Below are positions 36,070-45,460 of a stretch of DNA of 58,776 nucleotides, piece after piece (position 1 is the first letter of the stretch; every line of letters starts with the position of its first letter). A model generated the notes under the pieces. It saw nothing but the letters and a program-made list of their open reading frames with translations, was not told where the DNA came from and did no database searches. Made by a program: the position numbers and the translations under genes. The stretch is taken from the NCBI GenBank assembly GCA_028700185.1, contig JAQVTF010000002.1:1-58776 (forward strand). Direction: 5' to 3'. Source of the stretch: Desulfobacteraceae bacterium. GTDB lineage: Bacteria; Desulfobacterota; Desulfobacteria; Desulfobacterales; UBA2174.

Positions 36070-37455
36070 ATGCCCCAGGACTACGACGTTGTGATCATCG
36101 GCTCCGGCACCGCCGGTCAGACGGCGGCCTACGACCTGATGGAAGGCGGCCTGAAGGTGGCCGTGGTGGATAGCAGCGATCGGCCCGGCGGCACCTGCGC
36201 CCTGAGCGGATGCCAGCCCAAGAAGTTTTACTACGAAATCGCCGAAACCGTCGCCCGCGGTCGTCACCTGCTGGGCAAGGGCATCGAAACGGCGCCCCGG
36301 GGATCCTGGGCCCAGGCCCGGGCGCAGAAAAACACCTTCACCGCCAAGATTCCGGAAGGGGCGGTGCAGGGGCTGAAGGCGGCCGGCATCGACTTTTTGC
36401 GCGGCCGCGCACGCTACCGGGACGCCGAAACCCTCACCGTTGACGGGCGGCCCCTCAAGGCCCGCTACCACGTTCTGGCCACCGGGGCGTCTCCCATGCC
36501 CCTTCCCTTCGACGGCAGCCATCACCTGGCCACCAGTGATCAGTTTCTTGACCTGGAGGATCTTCCCCGGCGTCTCGTGTTTGTCGGTGGTGGCTTTATT
36601 TCCTTTGAATTCGCTCACTTCGCCGCTCGTCTCGGTCCCGGCGCCGCCCCGGTGCGCATCCTTGAGGCCGCCCCTCGTCCCCTGGGGCCTTTCGATGCCG
36701 AAATGGTGGCGCTGCTGGTGGCGGCTTCCGCCGAAGAGGGCATCGAGGTCCAAAGCAGCGTCACCATCGAGGCCGTGACTCCGCGTTCCCAGGGCGGCTT
36801 TACCATCTCCATTGCAGGTGAACAGCCCCTGGAAGCGGACCTCGTGGTCCATGGGGCCGGTCGAATACCGGCCATCGAAGACCTGAACCTCGACGCCGCC
36901 GGCATCGCCCACACCCGGCGCGGCATCACGGTGGGCACCCACCTGCGGACCTCGCACCCCCGGGTGTTCGCCATCGGCGATTGCGCCGCCACGGTGCAGC
37001 TGGCACGGGTGGCGGACGCCGAAGGACACGCGGCGGCCTGGAACATTCTGGCCGATCTGGGCGGCAAGGCGCTTTCCGACCTCGACTACAGGGCCATCCC
37101 CTTTCTTCTGTTCACCTACCCCCAGTACGCGATGATCGGCAAGACCGAAGACGCCCTGCGCAAGGCGGGGATCCGATACCGCAAGAGTACCGGCAGCCGC
37201 CTGGCCTGGCCCACCTACCGCCGGGTCGGCCTTGGCCACGCCGCTTACAAGATCCTCGTCGGTGACGACCAACGGATCCTCGGGGCCCATTTCCTCTCCG
37301 ACAACGCCACGGGACTGGCCAACACGATCAAGGACGCCATGCTCGCCGGTCTCACCGTGGATCAGCTGCACCGCCAGAGCATCATGACGCCGTATCCCAG
37401 CCGCGAAAGCGACTTGATCTACATGCTGGCGCCCCTGTTGGCAAACAATGGATAA
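36070..37455 (+). CDS. FAD-dependent pyridine nucleotide-disulfide oxidoreductase (glutathione/dihydrolipoamide reductase family)
   Basis: YDVVIIGSGTAGQTAA, the redox-active GGTCALSGCQPKK, a second Rossmann fold VFVGGGFISFEFA, and a C-terminal dimerisation domain. GGAGGAA RBS. Confidence 0.85.
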   Translation: MPQDYDVVIIGSGTAGQTAAYDLMEGGLKVAVVDSSDRPGGTCALSGCQPKKFYYEIAETVARGRHLLGKGIETAPRGSWAQARAQKNTFTAKIPEGAVQGLKAAGIDFLRGRARYRDAETLTVDGRPLKARYHVLATGASPMPLPFDGSHHLATSDQFLDLEDLPRRLVFVGGGFISFEFAHFAARLGPGAAPVRILEAAPRPLGPFDAEMVALLVAASAEEGIEVQSSVTIEAVTPRSQGGFTISIAGEQPLEADLVVHGAGRIPAIEDLNLDAAGIAHTRRGITVGTHLRTSHPRVFAIGDCAATVQLARVADAEGHAAAWNILADLGGKALSDLDYRAIPFLLFTYPQYAMIGKTEDALRKAGIRYRKSTGSRLAWPTYRRVGLGHAAYKILVGDDQRILGAHFLSDNATGLANTIKDAMLAGLTVDQLHRQSIMTPYPSRESDLIYMLAPLLANNG

Positions 37456-37504
37456 AATCGACGGCACCGGTGGCGGGCGACGGCGCTGACGGAGGTACGG
37501 GAAC

Positions 37505-39310
37505 GTGTCGGTCACATTCGATCAAGCGGTGGTGTTCATCATCTTGGCGGTGACCCTGGTGTTTTTTGTCTGGGGGCGTTGGCGTTACGATCTGGTGGCC
37601 CTGACCGCCCTGATGCTGGTCTTCATCGCCGGGCTTGTGCCGGCCGACCAGGCTTTCCTGGGCTTCGGGCACCCGGCGGTGGTCACGGTGGCGGCCGTTC
37701 TGGTGATGAGCCGCGGACTGCTCAACGCCGGGGTGGTGGACGTTTTGTCGCGCCGCCTGGCCAAGGTGGGCGACCGCCCCACGGCCCAGACGGCCACCCT
37801 GACCGGCGCCGTGGTGCTGTGCTCCAGCGCCATGAACAACGTGGGGGCGCTGGCGCTGTTGATGCCGGTGGCCATCTGGATGTCGCGCCGCAGCGGCCGT
37901 TCTCCGTCCCTGCTGCTCATGCCCCTGGCCTTCGGTTCGCTCATCGGCGGCCTGGTCACCCTCATCGGCACTCCGCCCAACATCATCATTGCCGCCTACC
38001 GCGCCGAGACCGGCGCCCCGGCCTTCGGCATGTTCGACTTCGTTCCGGTGGGCACCGCCGTGGCCCTGGTGGGGTGGCTGTTCATCGCCGTGCTGGGATG
38101 GCGGCTCACCCCCAAGCGGGACAGCGCGAATGCGACGGAAGACCTCTTTGAGATCGAAAACTACATCAGCGAGGTCATCATCCCCGAAACATCCAAGCTC
38201 GTGGGCAGAACCATCTTTCACCTCACCTCGCAGTTGGAAAAGGAAACCGAGGCCACCGTGGTGGGGCTGGTGCGCGGCGAGCGTCACATTCCGGCCCCCT
38301 CCTGGTACGAGGAGATCCAGGCCGGCGACATCCTGATGGTGGAGGCCACTCCCGAGGATCTCAAGGCGCTCATCGACACCACCGGATTCGAACTGGCCGA
38401 ATGCAAGGGCGACTGCAAGGCCACCCTGGGTTCGGATGAGATCCGCCTGCTGGAGGCCGTGGTGACGATGGACTCGCCCCTGCCCGGCAAGACGGCGGCC
38501 AGCCTGCACCTGCGCCGGGACTACGGGGTCAACCTCCTGGCCATCGCCCGCCGGGGGCGAAGGCTCAAACGCCGCATCGGCCAGACGCAGTTCATCATCG
38601 GCGACATTCTGCTGCTCCAGGGCAGCGAAGAGGCCTTGCAGGCCACCCTGAAAACCTTCAACTGCCTGCCCCTGGCCGAACGGAAGCTGCGCATCGGCGA
38701 GCCCCGGCGGGTGCTGCTGGCCGTGGGCATCTTCGCCGCGGCCATGCTCCTTTCCGCCCTGAACCTGCTGCCGGTGCAAATTTCCTTCACCGCCGCCGCC
38801 GTGGTGATGGTAATCGTCGGCCTCGTTTCCCCGGCAGACATCTACGAGAGCATTGACTGGCCCGTCATCGTGCTCCTGGGGGCCATGTTTCCCCTGGGGC
38901 ACGCCTTGGAAAGCACCGGGGGGGCGCAACTGATCGCCGCGCAGTTGCTGCGGCTTTCCGAGGGCATATCCCCCATGGCGACCCTGGCCGTCATCCTGGT
39001 GGGCACCATGCTGCTGTCCAACGTGGTGAACAACGCGGCCGCCGCGGTGCTCATGGCGCCCATCGCCATCACCCTGGCCCGGGGCATGGGCGTTTCGGCG
39101 GATCCCCTCCTCATGGCGGTGGCCGTAGGCGCTTCCTGCGCCTTTCTCACCCCGGTGGGGCACCAGTCCAACGCTCTGGTCATGGCCCCGGGGGGTTATC
39201 AATTCGGTGACTACTGGCGCCTGGGACTCCCCCTCTCGGCACTGGTGACGATGGTCGCCGTGCCGTTGATTTTCTGGTTCTGGCCCCTGACACCGGCAAC
39301 AATCCCTTGA
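37505..39310 (+). CDS. SLC13-family permease with central tandem TrkA-C (RCK_C) domains
   Basis: GTG start. Hydrophobic N- and C-terminal halves flank two soluble segments (IIPETSKLVGRTI..., VVTMDSPLPGKTAASL...). Confidence 0.8.
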   Translation: MSVTFDQAVVFIILAVTLVFFVWGRWRYDLVALTALMLVFIAGLVPADQAFLGFGHPAVVTVAAVLVMSRGLLNAGVVDVLSRRLAKVGDRPTAQTATLTGAVVLCSSAMNNVGALALLMPVAIWMSRRSGRSPSLLLMPLAFGSLIGGLVTLIGTPPNIIIAAYRAETGAPAFGMFDFVPVGTAVALVGWLFIAVLGWRLTPKRDSANATEDLFEIENYISEVIIPETSKLVGRTIFHLTSQLEKETEATVVGLVRGERHIPAPSWYEEIQAGDILMVEATPEDLKALIDTTGFELAECKGDCKATLGSDEIRLLEAVVTMDSPLPGKTAASLHLRRDYGVNLLAIARRGRRLKRRIGQTQFIIGDILLLQGSEEALQATLKTFNCLPLAERKLRIGEPRRVLLAVGIFAAAMLLSALNLLPVQISFTAAAVVMVIVGLVSPADIYESIDWPVIVLLGAMFPLGHALESTGGAQLIAAQLLRLSEGISPMATLAVILVGTMLLSNVVNNAAAAVLMAPIAITLARGMGVSADPLLMAVAVGASCAFLTPVGHQSNALVMAPGGYQFGDYWRLGLPLSALVTMVAVPLIFWFWPLTPATIP

Positions 39311-39385
39311 GGCACCCGAACCTTCCGATTCGCCGCACCGCGTTACAGTGACGGGAAAGATTTTTCGAGAAGTGAAGATCGGGGA

Positions 39386-41140
39386 TCAGTCGCCGGCGAT
39401 CATTTCGATCTCGACCCGACGGTTCTGGCTGCGTCCGTGGTAGGTGTCATCGGAGGCCACCGGGTTCGCCGGTCCCAGACCGGTGGCGGTGATCTGAGCG
39501 GCGCTGATGCCCTGCCCGATGAAGTAGCTTTTGATCGCATCCGCCCGGAATTTGGAAACGTTTATGTTGTAGGTCTTGTCCCCCAGGCTGTCCGTGTATC
39601 CGGTGATGATCAGCCGCGTCCCCGGACGGCTTTTCACCACCTCGGCCAGTTGCTGGAGTTTCTGGAATGCATCGTCACCGATCTGGTTGGAATTGTAGGG
39701 AAAGCGAATCACGGTGGTTTCCTTGGACAACGGAACCGCTCCAGGGGACGCGGCTTCAGGCGCCAACGGTCCCACCGCCACCGGATGGGCCAACTGGCGG
39801 GCCTGGACATCCCCGGGCACCGGATTGCCCTCCCCCACGCCCCCAGTGGCAGGGCTTTGCTCCGGCGCGGGAAGCTGAACCGCCTCGGCCTCCCCGGCAC
39901 CGAAGGTTTGTGTCTCTCTGTCGGCCAGGCTGGCCATCCCAGGGGGAGAACCCTCCCCGGGCGCGGTTGCGGGCACTTCCGACGGACCGCCGTCGGGAAG
40001 CGATTGAAGGGGCGGCCCGTCTTCGGATACAGAAGAATGTATCTGGTAAACATTCCGCGAAGAAGTACCGGCCGGAGCGGTCCATCGTTCCAGGTACCGG
40101 GGGGGATAAATAGAGATGGCCTGAAAGGCCAGCAAGCCTAAAAAGACCACCGCCAATCCCGTGGCAAGAATCCGCGGCCACGGCCGCGGCCGAGGCGGCA
40201 AAAGCCGGGCGTCACCGATTCCGTTGCGGCCATCAGGATCTTTTTCATCCTGTTTTTTGGGGAGAATTGCAGGGGCCGCCGCGTCTGCCCCGGGATCCGA
40301 GGCCGGCTCATCCTTGGCTTTGTTCACCCCGGAGAAAGCGGACTTCAACTCTTTGATGCATTGCTGCACCACGATTTCGTCCACCCGATGCTTTTCCTGA
40401 ACAAAGGCCGTCAGCAACGCCTGATCACCCATCACATTGATCAGGCGAGGGTTTCCCCTGGAATAATTCGCCATGAGTCGAACGGCGCGATCCGTGAAGA
40501 TTTTTTCTTCGGTGCCCGCCACTTTCAGACGAAATCGGATAAAGTCTTCAACTTCGTTCCGGGCCAACGGACCGATGGTATAAAGGGTTGTAATCCGCTG
40601 CCGCAACGCACGATTGGCATCTTTCAACAACTTCTGATTCAGTTCATTCTGCCCCACCAAAACGATATTGATGAGCTTTTCGTCCGGCCGTTCAATGTTT
40701 GACAGCAGACGAATCTCCTCGAGCATCTCGTCGCTCAGGCGCTGGGCTTCATCGACAATGACCACCACATTGTTTCGCTCTTCGTGGGCCCGATGCAGAA
40801 AAAGGTTCATTTCAACGAGAAATTCGCCTTTGGTCCGAAAATCACTTTTGATATTGAATTGAGCGGCCAAGAACCGGAAAAAATCCAACTGATCCAAGCC
40901 TGGATCGGAAATTCGGGCCACATGGGTGTTTTTGTCCAGGCCTTGCACCAGCTTATTGATCACGGTGGTTTTTCCCGTGCCGACATCGCCGATGAGCAGG
41001 ATAAACCCCCTCTTGTCCAGCACGCCGAAATGGAGACTGGCCCAGGCTTCCTTGTGGGCTTCGCTGAACCACATGAACCGGGGATCCGGACTGAGCTTGA
41101 ACGGTTTTTCATTGAGCTGAAAATATTCAAGATAGGTCAT
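39386..41140 (-). CDS. ExeA/GspA-like AAA ATPase fused through a TM segment and a Pro/Gly-rich linker to a C-terminal OmpA-like peptidoglycan-binding domain
   Basis: N-terminal YLEYFQLNEKPFKLSPDPRFMWFSEAHKEA...LIGDVGTGKTT, a TM segment LATGLAVVFLGLLAFQAISIY, and C-terminal ITGYTDSLGDKTYNINVSKFRADAIKSYF...NRRVEI. Confidence 0.8.
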   Translation of the reverse strand: MTYLEYFQLNEKPFKLSPDPRFMWFSEAHKEAWASLHFGVLDKRGFILLIGDVGTGKTTVINKLVQGLDKNTHVARISDPGLDQLDFFRFLAAQFNIKSDFRTKGEFLVEMNLFLHRAHEERNNVVVIVDEAQRLSDEMLEEIRLLSNIERPDEKLINIVLVGQNELNQKLLKDANRALRQRITTLYTIGPLARNEVEDFIRFRLKVAGTEEKIFTDRAVRLMANYSRGNPRLINVMGDQALLTAFVQEKHRVDEIVVQQCIKELKSAFSGVNKAKDEPASDPGADAAAPAILPKKQDEKDPDGRNGIGDARLLPPRPRPWPRILATGLAVVFLGLLAFQAISIYPPRYLERWTAPAGTSSRNVYQIHSSVSEDGPPLQSLPDGGPSEVPATAPGEGSPPGMASLADRETQTFGAGEAEAVQLPAPEQSPATGGVGEGNPVPGDVQARQLAHPVAVGPLAPEAASPGAVPLSKETTVIRFPYNSNQIGDDAFQKLQQLAEVVKSRPGTRLIITGYTDSLGDKTYNINVSKFRADAIKSYFIGQGISAAQITATGLGPANPVASDDTYHGRSQNRRVEIEMIAGD

Positions 41141-41348
41141 GGAGGTGCCTATTTTTTTGAATTTTGGCAGAGGTGCTCCGGCTTGATGAAATGTCTCATC
41201 TTAATACCCCACCCCTGGCAAGCTGTCAATTATTCTCTTTAAGTTCAGGCACTTCCAATACAGGAAAAATCATCTAAACGCTGTCCCACCGATCGGGGCG
41301 AAGGTGACGGCCCCACCATCGCACGGGAAGATGCCCACCGCGGTCGGT

Positions 41349-41852
41349 TCAACGAAGCACCCCATAGTGGAGCAGCACGAGATCCACGTCGAGGCGACGG
41401 GTTTCCAACAGTTGCAGATGGAGGTCCAGCGGGGTGTCGAAAAGGGAAAGACCGCTACCGAACAACCTTGGTGAAATGGTGATGATGATCTCGTCGATGA
41501 GATTCGCGGTGGCAAAGAGACTGTTGATACGCGCCCCGCCTGCGAGAATCGCCTCCCGGTATCCCTCTCCAGCCAGTTTGGCCAGCAGTCGGGCAGGCGG
41601 GTCGGCGGTAAAAACAAGATCGGGAAAACGGCTGACCCGTTCGGCGTTGCGCGTCAACACCACATTTTTACGCCCCGGTAGCGGCTTGCCGAGGGTATCG
41701 AAAGTCTTCGACCCCATGATGATCACCCCCGCTTCCCGGGTGCGGGCGGCGAAGAAACGCTTGTCGGCCGAAGCGGTCCAATCGGGGAAATGCTCGCTGT
41801 TGCGGGCGATCTTGCCATCGACGGTTTGAGCCATCAACAGGACGAGTTTCAT
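41349..41852 (-). CDS. dihydrofolate reductase-family protein (RibD C-terminal domain type)
   Basis: MKLVLLMAQTVDGKIA...IIMGSKTFDTLGKPLPGRKNVVLT. Confidence 0.8.
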   Translation of the reverse strand: MKLVLLMAQTVDGKIARNSEHFPDWTASADKRFFAARTREAGVIIMGSKTFDTLGKPLPGRKNVVLTRNAERVSRFPDLVFTADPPARLLAKLAGEGYREAILAGGARINSLFATANLIDEIIITISPRLFGSGLSLFDTPLDLHLQLLETRRLDVDLVLLHYGVLR

Positions 41853-41928
41853 TTTATTGTTGCCTCGCGCAAGGAATTTTGTTCAATCGGTCCCCACTTC
41901 TCCGATTTACCGGCCGCTGCTTCTTCCC

Positions 41929-43710
41929 TCAGAACGCCCGCGGCAGTCGAATGGTAAAAACCGTCCCGCGCCCCGGGGCGCTGTCCACCGAAACCTCGCC
42001 GCCGTGGGCCTGGACGATGTGCTTGACGATGGCCAGCCCCAGCCCCGTTCCCCCCATTTTGCGGCTGCGCGCCTTGTCCACCCGGTAGAACCGTTCGAAC
42101 AATCTCGGCAGGTGCTGTCGGGCGATGCCCGGTCCCTGATCCCTCACCGTGATCCGGACCTGGTGATCGTCGGCCTCGATGGTCACCTCCACCGCCGTTT
42201 CCTCGGGGCTGTACTTGACGGCGTTGTCGATGAGGTTGACCAGAGCCTGTTCCAGCAGTGGCGCCGAAACGCGGGCCGTCACCGGTTGGGGGGAATCGTT
42301 TTGGACGATACGAATCCCCCGAGCCGTCGCGGCCGCCTGACAGAGGTTTACCGCACCCCTTACCACCGCGCCGACATCCTCGTTGCGCAGGGCGATCTCC
42401 CGTGTCTCGGCATCCCGCTCGATCCGTGACAGCTTGATCAAATCGTCGATGATGGCCCCCAGTCGCCGGACATGCTTTTCGATGATGCCCAGAAACCGTT
42501 GGACCTCCTCGGGCTTTTCCACCCCGCCATGTTGGAGGGTCTCGACGAATCCGCGGATGGCGGTCAGCGGCGTCTTGATTTCATGGGACACGTTGGCGGC
42601 GAAATCCCGGCGCATGTTCTCCAGCCGTCGCACATGGGTCACGTCGCTCATCACCAACAGCAGGCCGATGCGCCGCCCCTCCTGGTCGCGCAGAGGCGTG
42701 CAGCGGATGAAAAGGGTTCTGGCTTCCGGTTGGTACACCGTCAGATCGGCCTCGGTCCGCTGATCCTCCTCCTGGGCGCGCGCCACCAGGCGCTGTAACT
42801 CGCTGTTGCGGATCACCTCGGCCAGGGGGCGGCCGACCAGCTTGTCGGCCTGGGGGACCCCGAGAATCTCGGCGGCCGGCAGGTTGGATTGGATGATTCT
42901 TTCGTCCAAATCCAGGGCCAGTACCCCTTCCCCCATGCTCGAGAGGATGGTGGCCATCTCGTTGCGCCGGCGAATCGCCCTCTGGACATGCTCGTCCAAC
43001 TGGACGGCCATGTGGTTCATTGCCTCGGCCAGAGCCCCGAGTTCCAGCGTCCCGTAGATCGGCACCCGGTGCGCCAGGTCGCCTTCGGCAAAACGTTGGG
43101 CGCCGGCCTGGAGGGTTTTCAGCGGCACGCTGAGACGACGGGCCACCCACCAGCTCAATCCCGCCGCCAACAAGGCGATAAGCAGCCCCCCCGCGGCAAT
43201 ACGACCGTAGATGAGACTCAGCTGGGTGTCGAGGTCGGACACCGGCAGGGCACAGCGGATCACCGCCGTCGGCCGTTGCTTTTCTCCCAGGGCCACCGCC
43301 ACGTACATCATCGGTTGATGCAGGGTATCGCTGTAGCGCATGGCCCGCCCCGTCCCGACTTGCCGCGCGGCGATAAACTCCGGCCGATCACTGTGGTCGT
43401 CCATCTGCACCGGATCCCCAATGCTGTCCCCCAACACCTCACCGGAGGGATTCATCACCGTGATCCGGGTCTCAGACAGGCGCCCGGCGTGCTTGCAGAA
43501 CCCATCCACCGCACCGGCGTCCAGAGGGGTCAGGTAGGCGGCCGCCTGAAGACCGGCCAACCTGGCCCGGGCGGTGAGATTGGCGGCGGTCTGATCGTAA
43601 TAGAACCGACGCAGGGCAGCGGAGCCCAGGGCCGTGGCGGCGCCCAATGCAACGAGAACCACGATCATGTAAGAGGGAAACAGTTGCCAGATCAACGACC
43701 GTTTTTTCAT
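41929..43710 (-). CDS. sensor histidine kinase (TM-HAMP-PAS-HisKA-HATPase, PhoR-like)
   Basis: H-box FAANVSHEIKTPLTAI and the N/G boxes NLIDNAVKYS, DQGPGI, GGTGLGLAIVKH. Confidence 0.9.
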   Translation of the reverse strand: MKKRSLIWQLFPSYMIVVLVALGAATALGSAALRRFYYDQTAANLTARARLAGLQAAAYLTPLDAGAVDGFCKHAGRLSETRITVMNPSGEVLGDSIGDPVQMDDHSDRPEFIAARQVGTGRAMRYSDTLHQPMMYVAVALGEKQRPTAVIRCALPVSDLDTQLSLIYGRIAAGGLLIALLAAGLSWWVARRLSVPLKTLQAGAQRFAEGDLAHRVPIYGTLELGALAEAMNHMAVQLDEHVQRAIRRRNEMATILSSMGEGVLALDLDERIIQSNLPAAEILGVPQADKLVGRPLAEVIRNSELQRLVARAQEEDQRTEADLTVYQPEARTLFIRCTPLRDQEGRRIGLLLVMSDVTHVRRLENMRRDFAANVSHEIKTPLTAIRGFVETLQHGGVEKPEEVQRFLGIIEKHVRRLGAIIDDLIKLSRIERDAETREIALRNEDVGAVVRGAVNLCQAAATARGIRIVQNDSPQPVTARVSAPLLEQALVNLIDNAVKYSPEETAVEVTIEADDHQVRITVRDQGPGIARQHLPRLFERFYRVDKARSRKMGGTGLGLAIVKHIVQAHGGEVSVDSAPGRGTVFTIRLPRAF

Positions 43711-44399
43711 ACCGCCTCACAAAAACGGTAACCGACGCCACGTACCGTTTCAATGTATCGGCCGGCGCTGCCGAGCTTCTTTCGCAACCCCACCACCTGA
43801 ACATCCACGCTGCGATCGGTGACCGGATAGTTATCGCCGCGAACCGCGTCAACAATCTGGGTCCGGGTAAAAACCCAACCGGGTCTCCGCGCCAGACAGT
43901 AGAGGACCTGAAATTCCGTGTAGGTGAGGTCCACCGGTACCCCGGCGACCCTGACCTCCCGGCGGCCGGGATGAATGGTCAAATCGTGAATTTCGATGGG
44001 ATCCTCGCCCTCGACGGCCGGCTCGCTGCGGCGCCGCAGCACCGCCTTGACCCGCGCCACGAGAATGCGGGGGCTGAACGGTTTGGTGACGTAATCCTCG
44101 GCCCCCAGCTCCAGGCCGGCCACCACGTCGGCCTCCTCTCCCTTGGCGGTGAGCATCACGATGGGAATCGACCGGCAGCGGGCATCGTTCTTCAGGCGCC
44201 GGGCCACGTCCAGACCGTCCATGCCGGTCAGCATCAGGTCCAGCACGATGAGATCCGGCGGCTGCTGGCGGACCCTGTCCAGCGCCCTTTCTCCCGAAGT
44301 CGCCGTCTCCACCTGGAACCCTTCCCGCTGGAGGTTGTAGCCAACCAGCTCCACGATGTCTTCCTCGTCATCGACGACCAGGATTGTCTCCTTTTTCAT
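43707..44399 (-). CDS. OmpR/PhoB-family response regulator
   Basis: A canonical receiver (ILVVDDEEDI...DLIVLDLMLTGMDG...LTAKG...KPF) and a winged-helix C-terminus. ATGA overlap with the kinase gene. Confidence 0.9.
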   Translation of the reverse strand: MKKETILVVDDEEDIVELVGYNLQREGFQVETATSGERALDRVRQQPPDLIVLDLMLTGMDGLDVARRLKNDARCRSIPIVMLTAKGEEADVVAGLELGAEDYVTKPFSPRILVARVKAVLRRRSEPAVEGEDPIEIHDLTIHPGRREVRVAGVPVDLTYTEFQVLYCLARRPGWVFTRTQIVDAVRGDNYPVTDRSVDVQVVGLRKKLGSAGRYIETVRGVGYRFCEAV

Positions 44400-44638
44400 C
44401 TGAAGGCTCCCTTTCAGGGCTGTCGCTGTGTCTGTGTTGGTGCGTATCATATTGGTGTTTTGTGGGAAAGCGGTGAGCGGCATGTTAGAAAATCATTCAG
44501 AGAGGATTCGTGCCCATCGTCGGAAGCCGCCACACCGGTGCGATGCGGCCGATCTTCGGCTCGCTTTTACCGCCGCCCCCGGATCCTCGCCACCGTCCGC
44601 CCTTGTAATGGATCGTCGATTTTACTAAATAAAATCTT

Positions 44639-45460
44639 ATGGGCTACGTGTTCGATTTCAACGATGCGCAAGTATGGCGCGACTGGCTCGAAGAACCGGC
44701 CTATCAGGCCTCTTTGGGCTTACAGTGTCAGACGATGCTGGATCTTCTGGATCCCAAGCGCCTCGATTCCCTCTTGGCCATCGGCTGCGGCACCTGCGGC
44801 TGCCTGGCGCCACTGCTGGCGCGGGGAATCGACGTCAGCGGCATCGACCCGTCTCCCTACATGCTCGATATCGCTCGCGAACGCTTCGGCCGCCGCATCG
44901 AACTGTACCGGGGAGTGGCCGAAGACCTTCCTTTCGATGACAACCAATTCAACCACGCGGTGTTTTTCTTTTCCCTGGAATACGTGGACGACCCGGACCA
45001 GGCCCTCGCCGAGGCGTTCCGGGTCGCCAAGGACCGTGTCTTCATCGGTGCCTGGAACCGTTTCAGCCCCCATCACCTCCGGCGTTGGACCGCCCGACGG
45101 GCGGGATCATCGCTGTTTAACAACGCCCGCTTCCTCGATCTCTGGCAAATACGGCGCTTGGTGGGCGAGCGGATGGGCGAAGTGCCGTTGCGGTGGCGCA
45201 GCGTCTGTCAACTGTCCGCCAGGCCACAGGGCGCCACCCTGTGGGCTGAGCGGCTTCGGCTGATCCAACATTGCCCTTTCGGCGATTTTTTGGGGGTGGC
45301 GGTGAGCCTGGTGCCCCGCTACCGCACCCGCCCCCTGGAGCTCACCTGCCCGGCCGGCCGATCCACGGTGGCCGGGGCGGGGCCTTTTCTCTCCAGACGC
45401 GCGCCGAGCGGCCGGGAGACCGCCGGCCAAGGAGATCGCCATGGAAGCCTCTCTGTATGA
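44639..45460 (+). CDS. class I SAM-dependent methyltransferase
   Basis: Motif I LLAIGCGTCGCLAPLL and a post-I acidic DVSGIDPS. Overlaps the next gene by 20 nt. Confidence 0.75.
   Translation: MGYVFDFNDAQVWRDWLEEPAYQASLGLQCQTMLDLLDPKRLDSLLAIGCGTCGCLAPLLARGIDVSGIDPSPYMLDIARERFGRRIELYRGVAEDLPFDDNQFNHAVFFFSLEYVDDPDQALAEAFRVAKDRVFIGAWNRFSPHHLRRWTARRAGSSLFNNARFLDLWQIRRLVGERMGEVPLRWRSVCQLSARPQGATLWAERLRLIQHCPFGDFLGVAVSLVPRYRTRPLELTCPAGRSTVAGAGPFLSRRAPSGRETAGQGDRHGSLSV

Noticed and set aside
44420-44437. CTGTCGCTGTGTCTGTGT might be a Pho box near the PhoB-like regulator gene.
   Set aside because: It does not fit the two 7-bp CTGTCAT repeats with a 4-bp AT spacer. It also lies in the 5' leader only about 20 nt from the start codon rather than at a -35 position.
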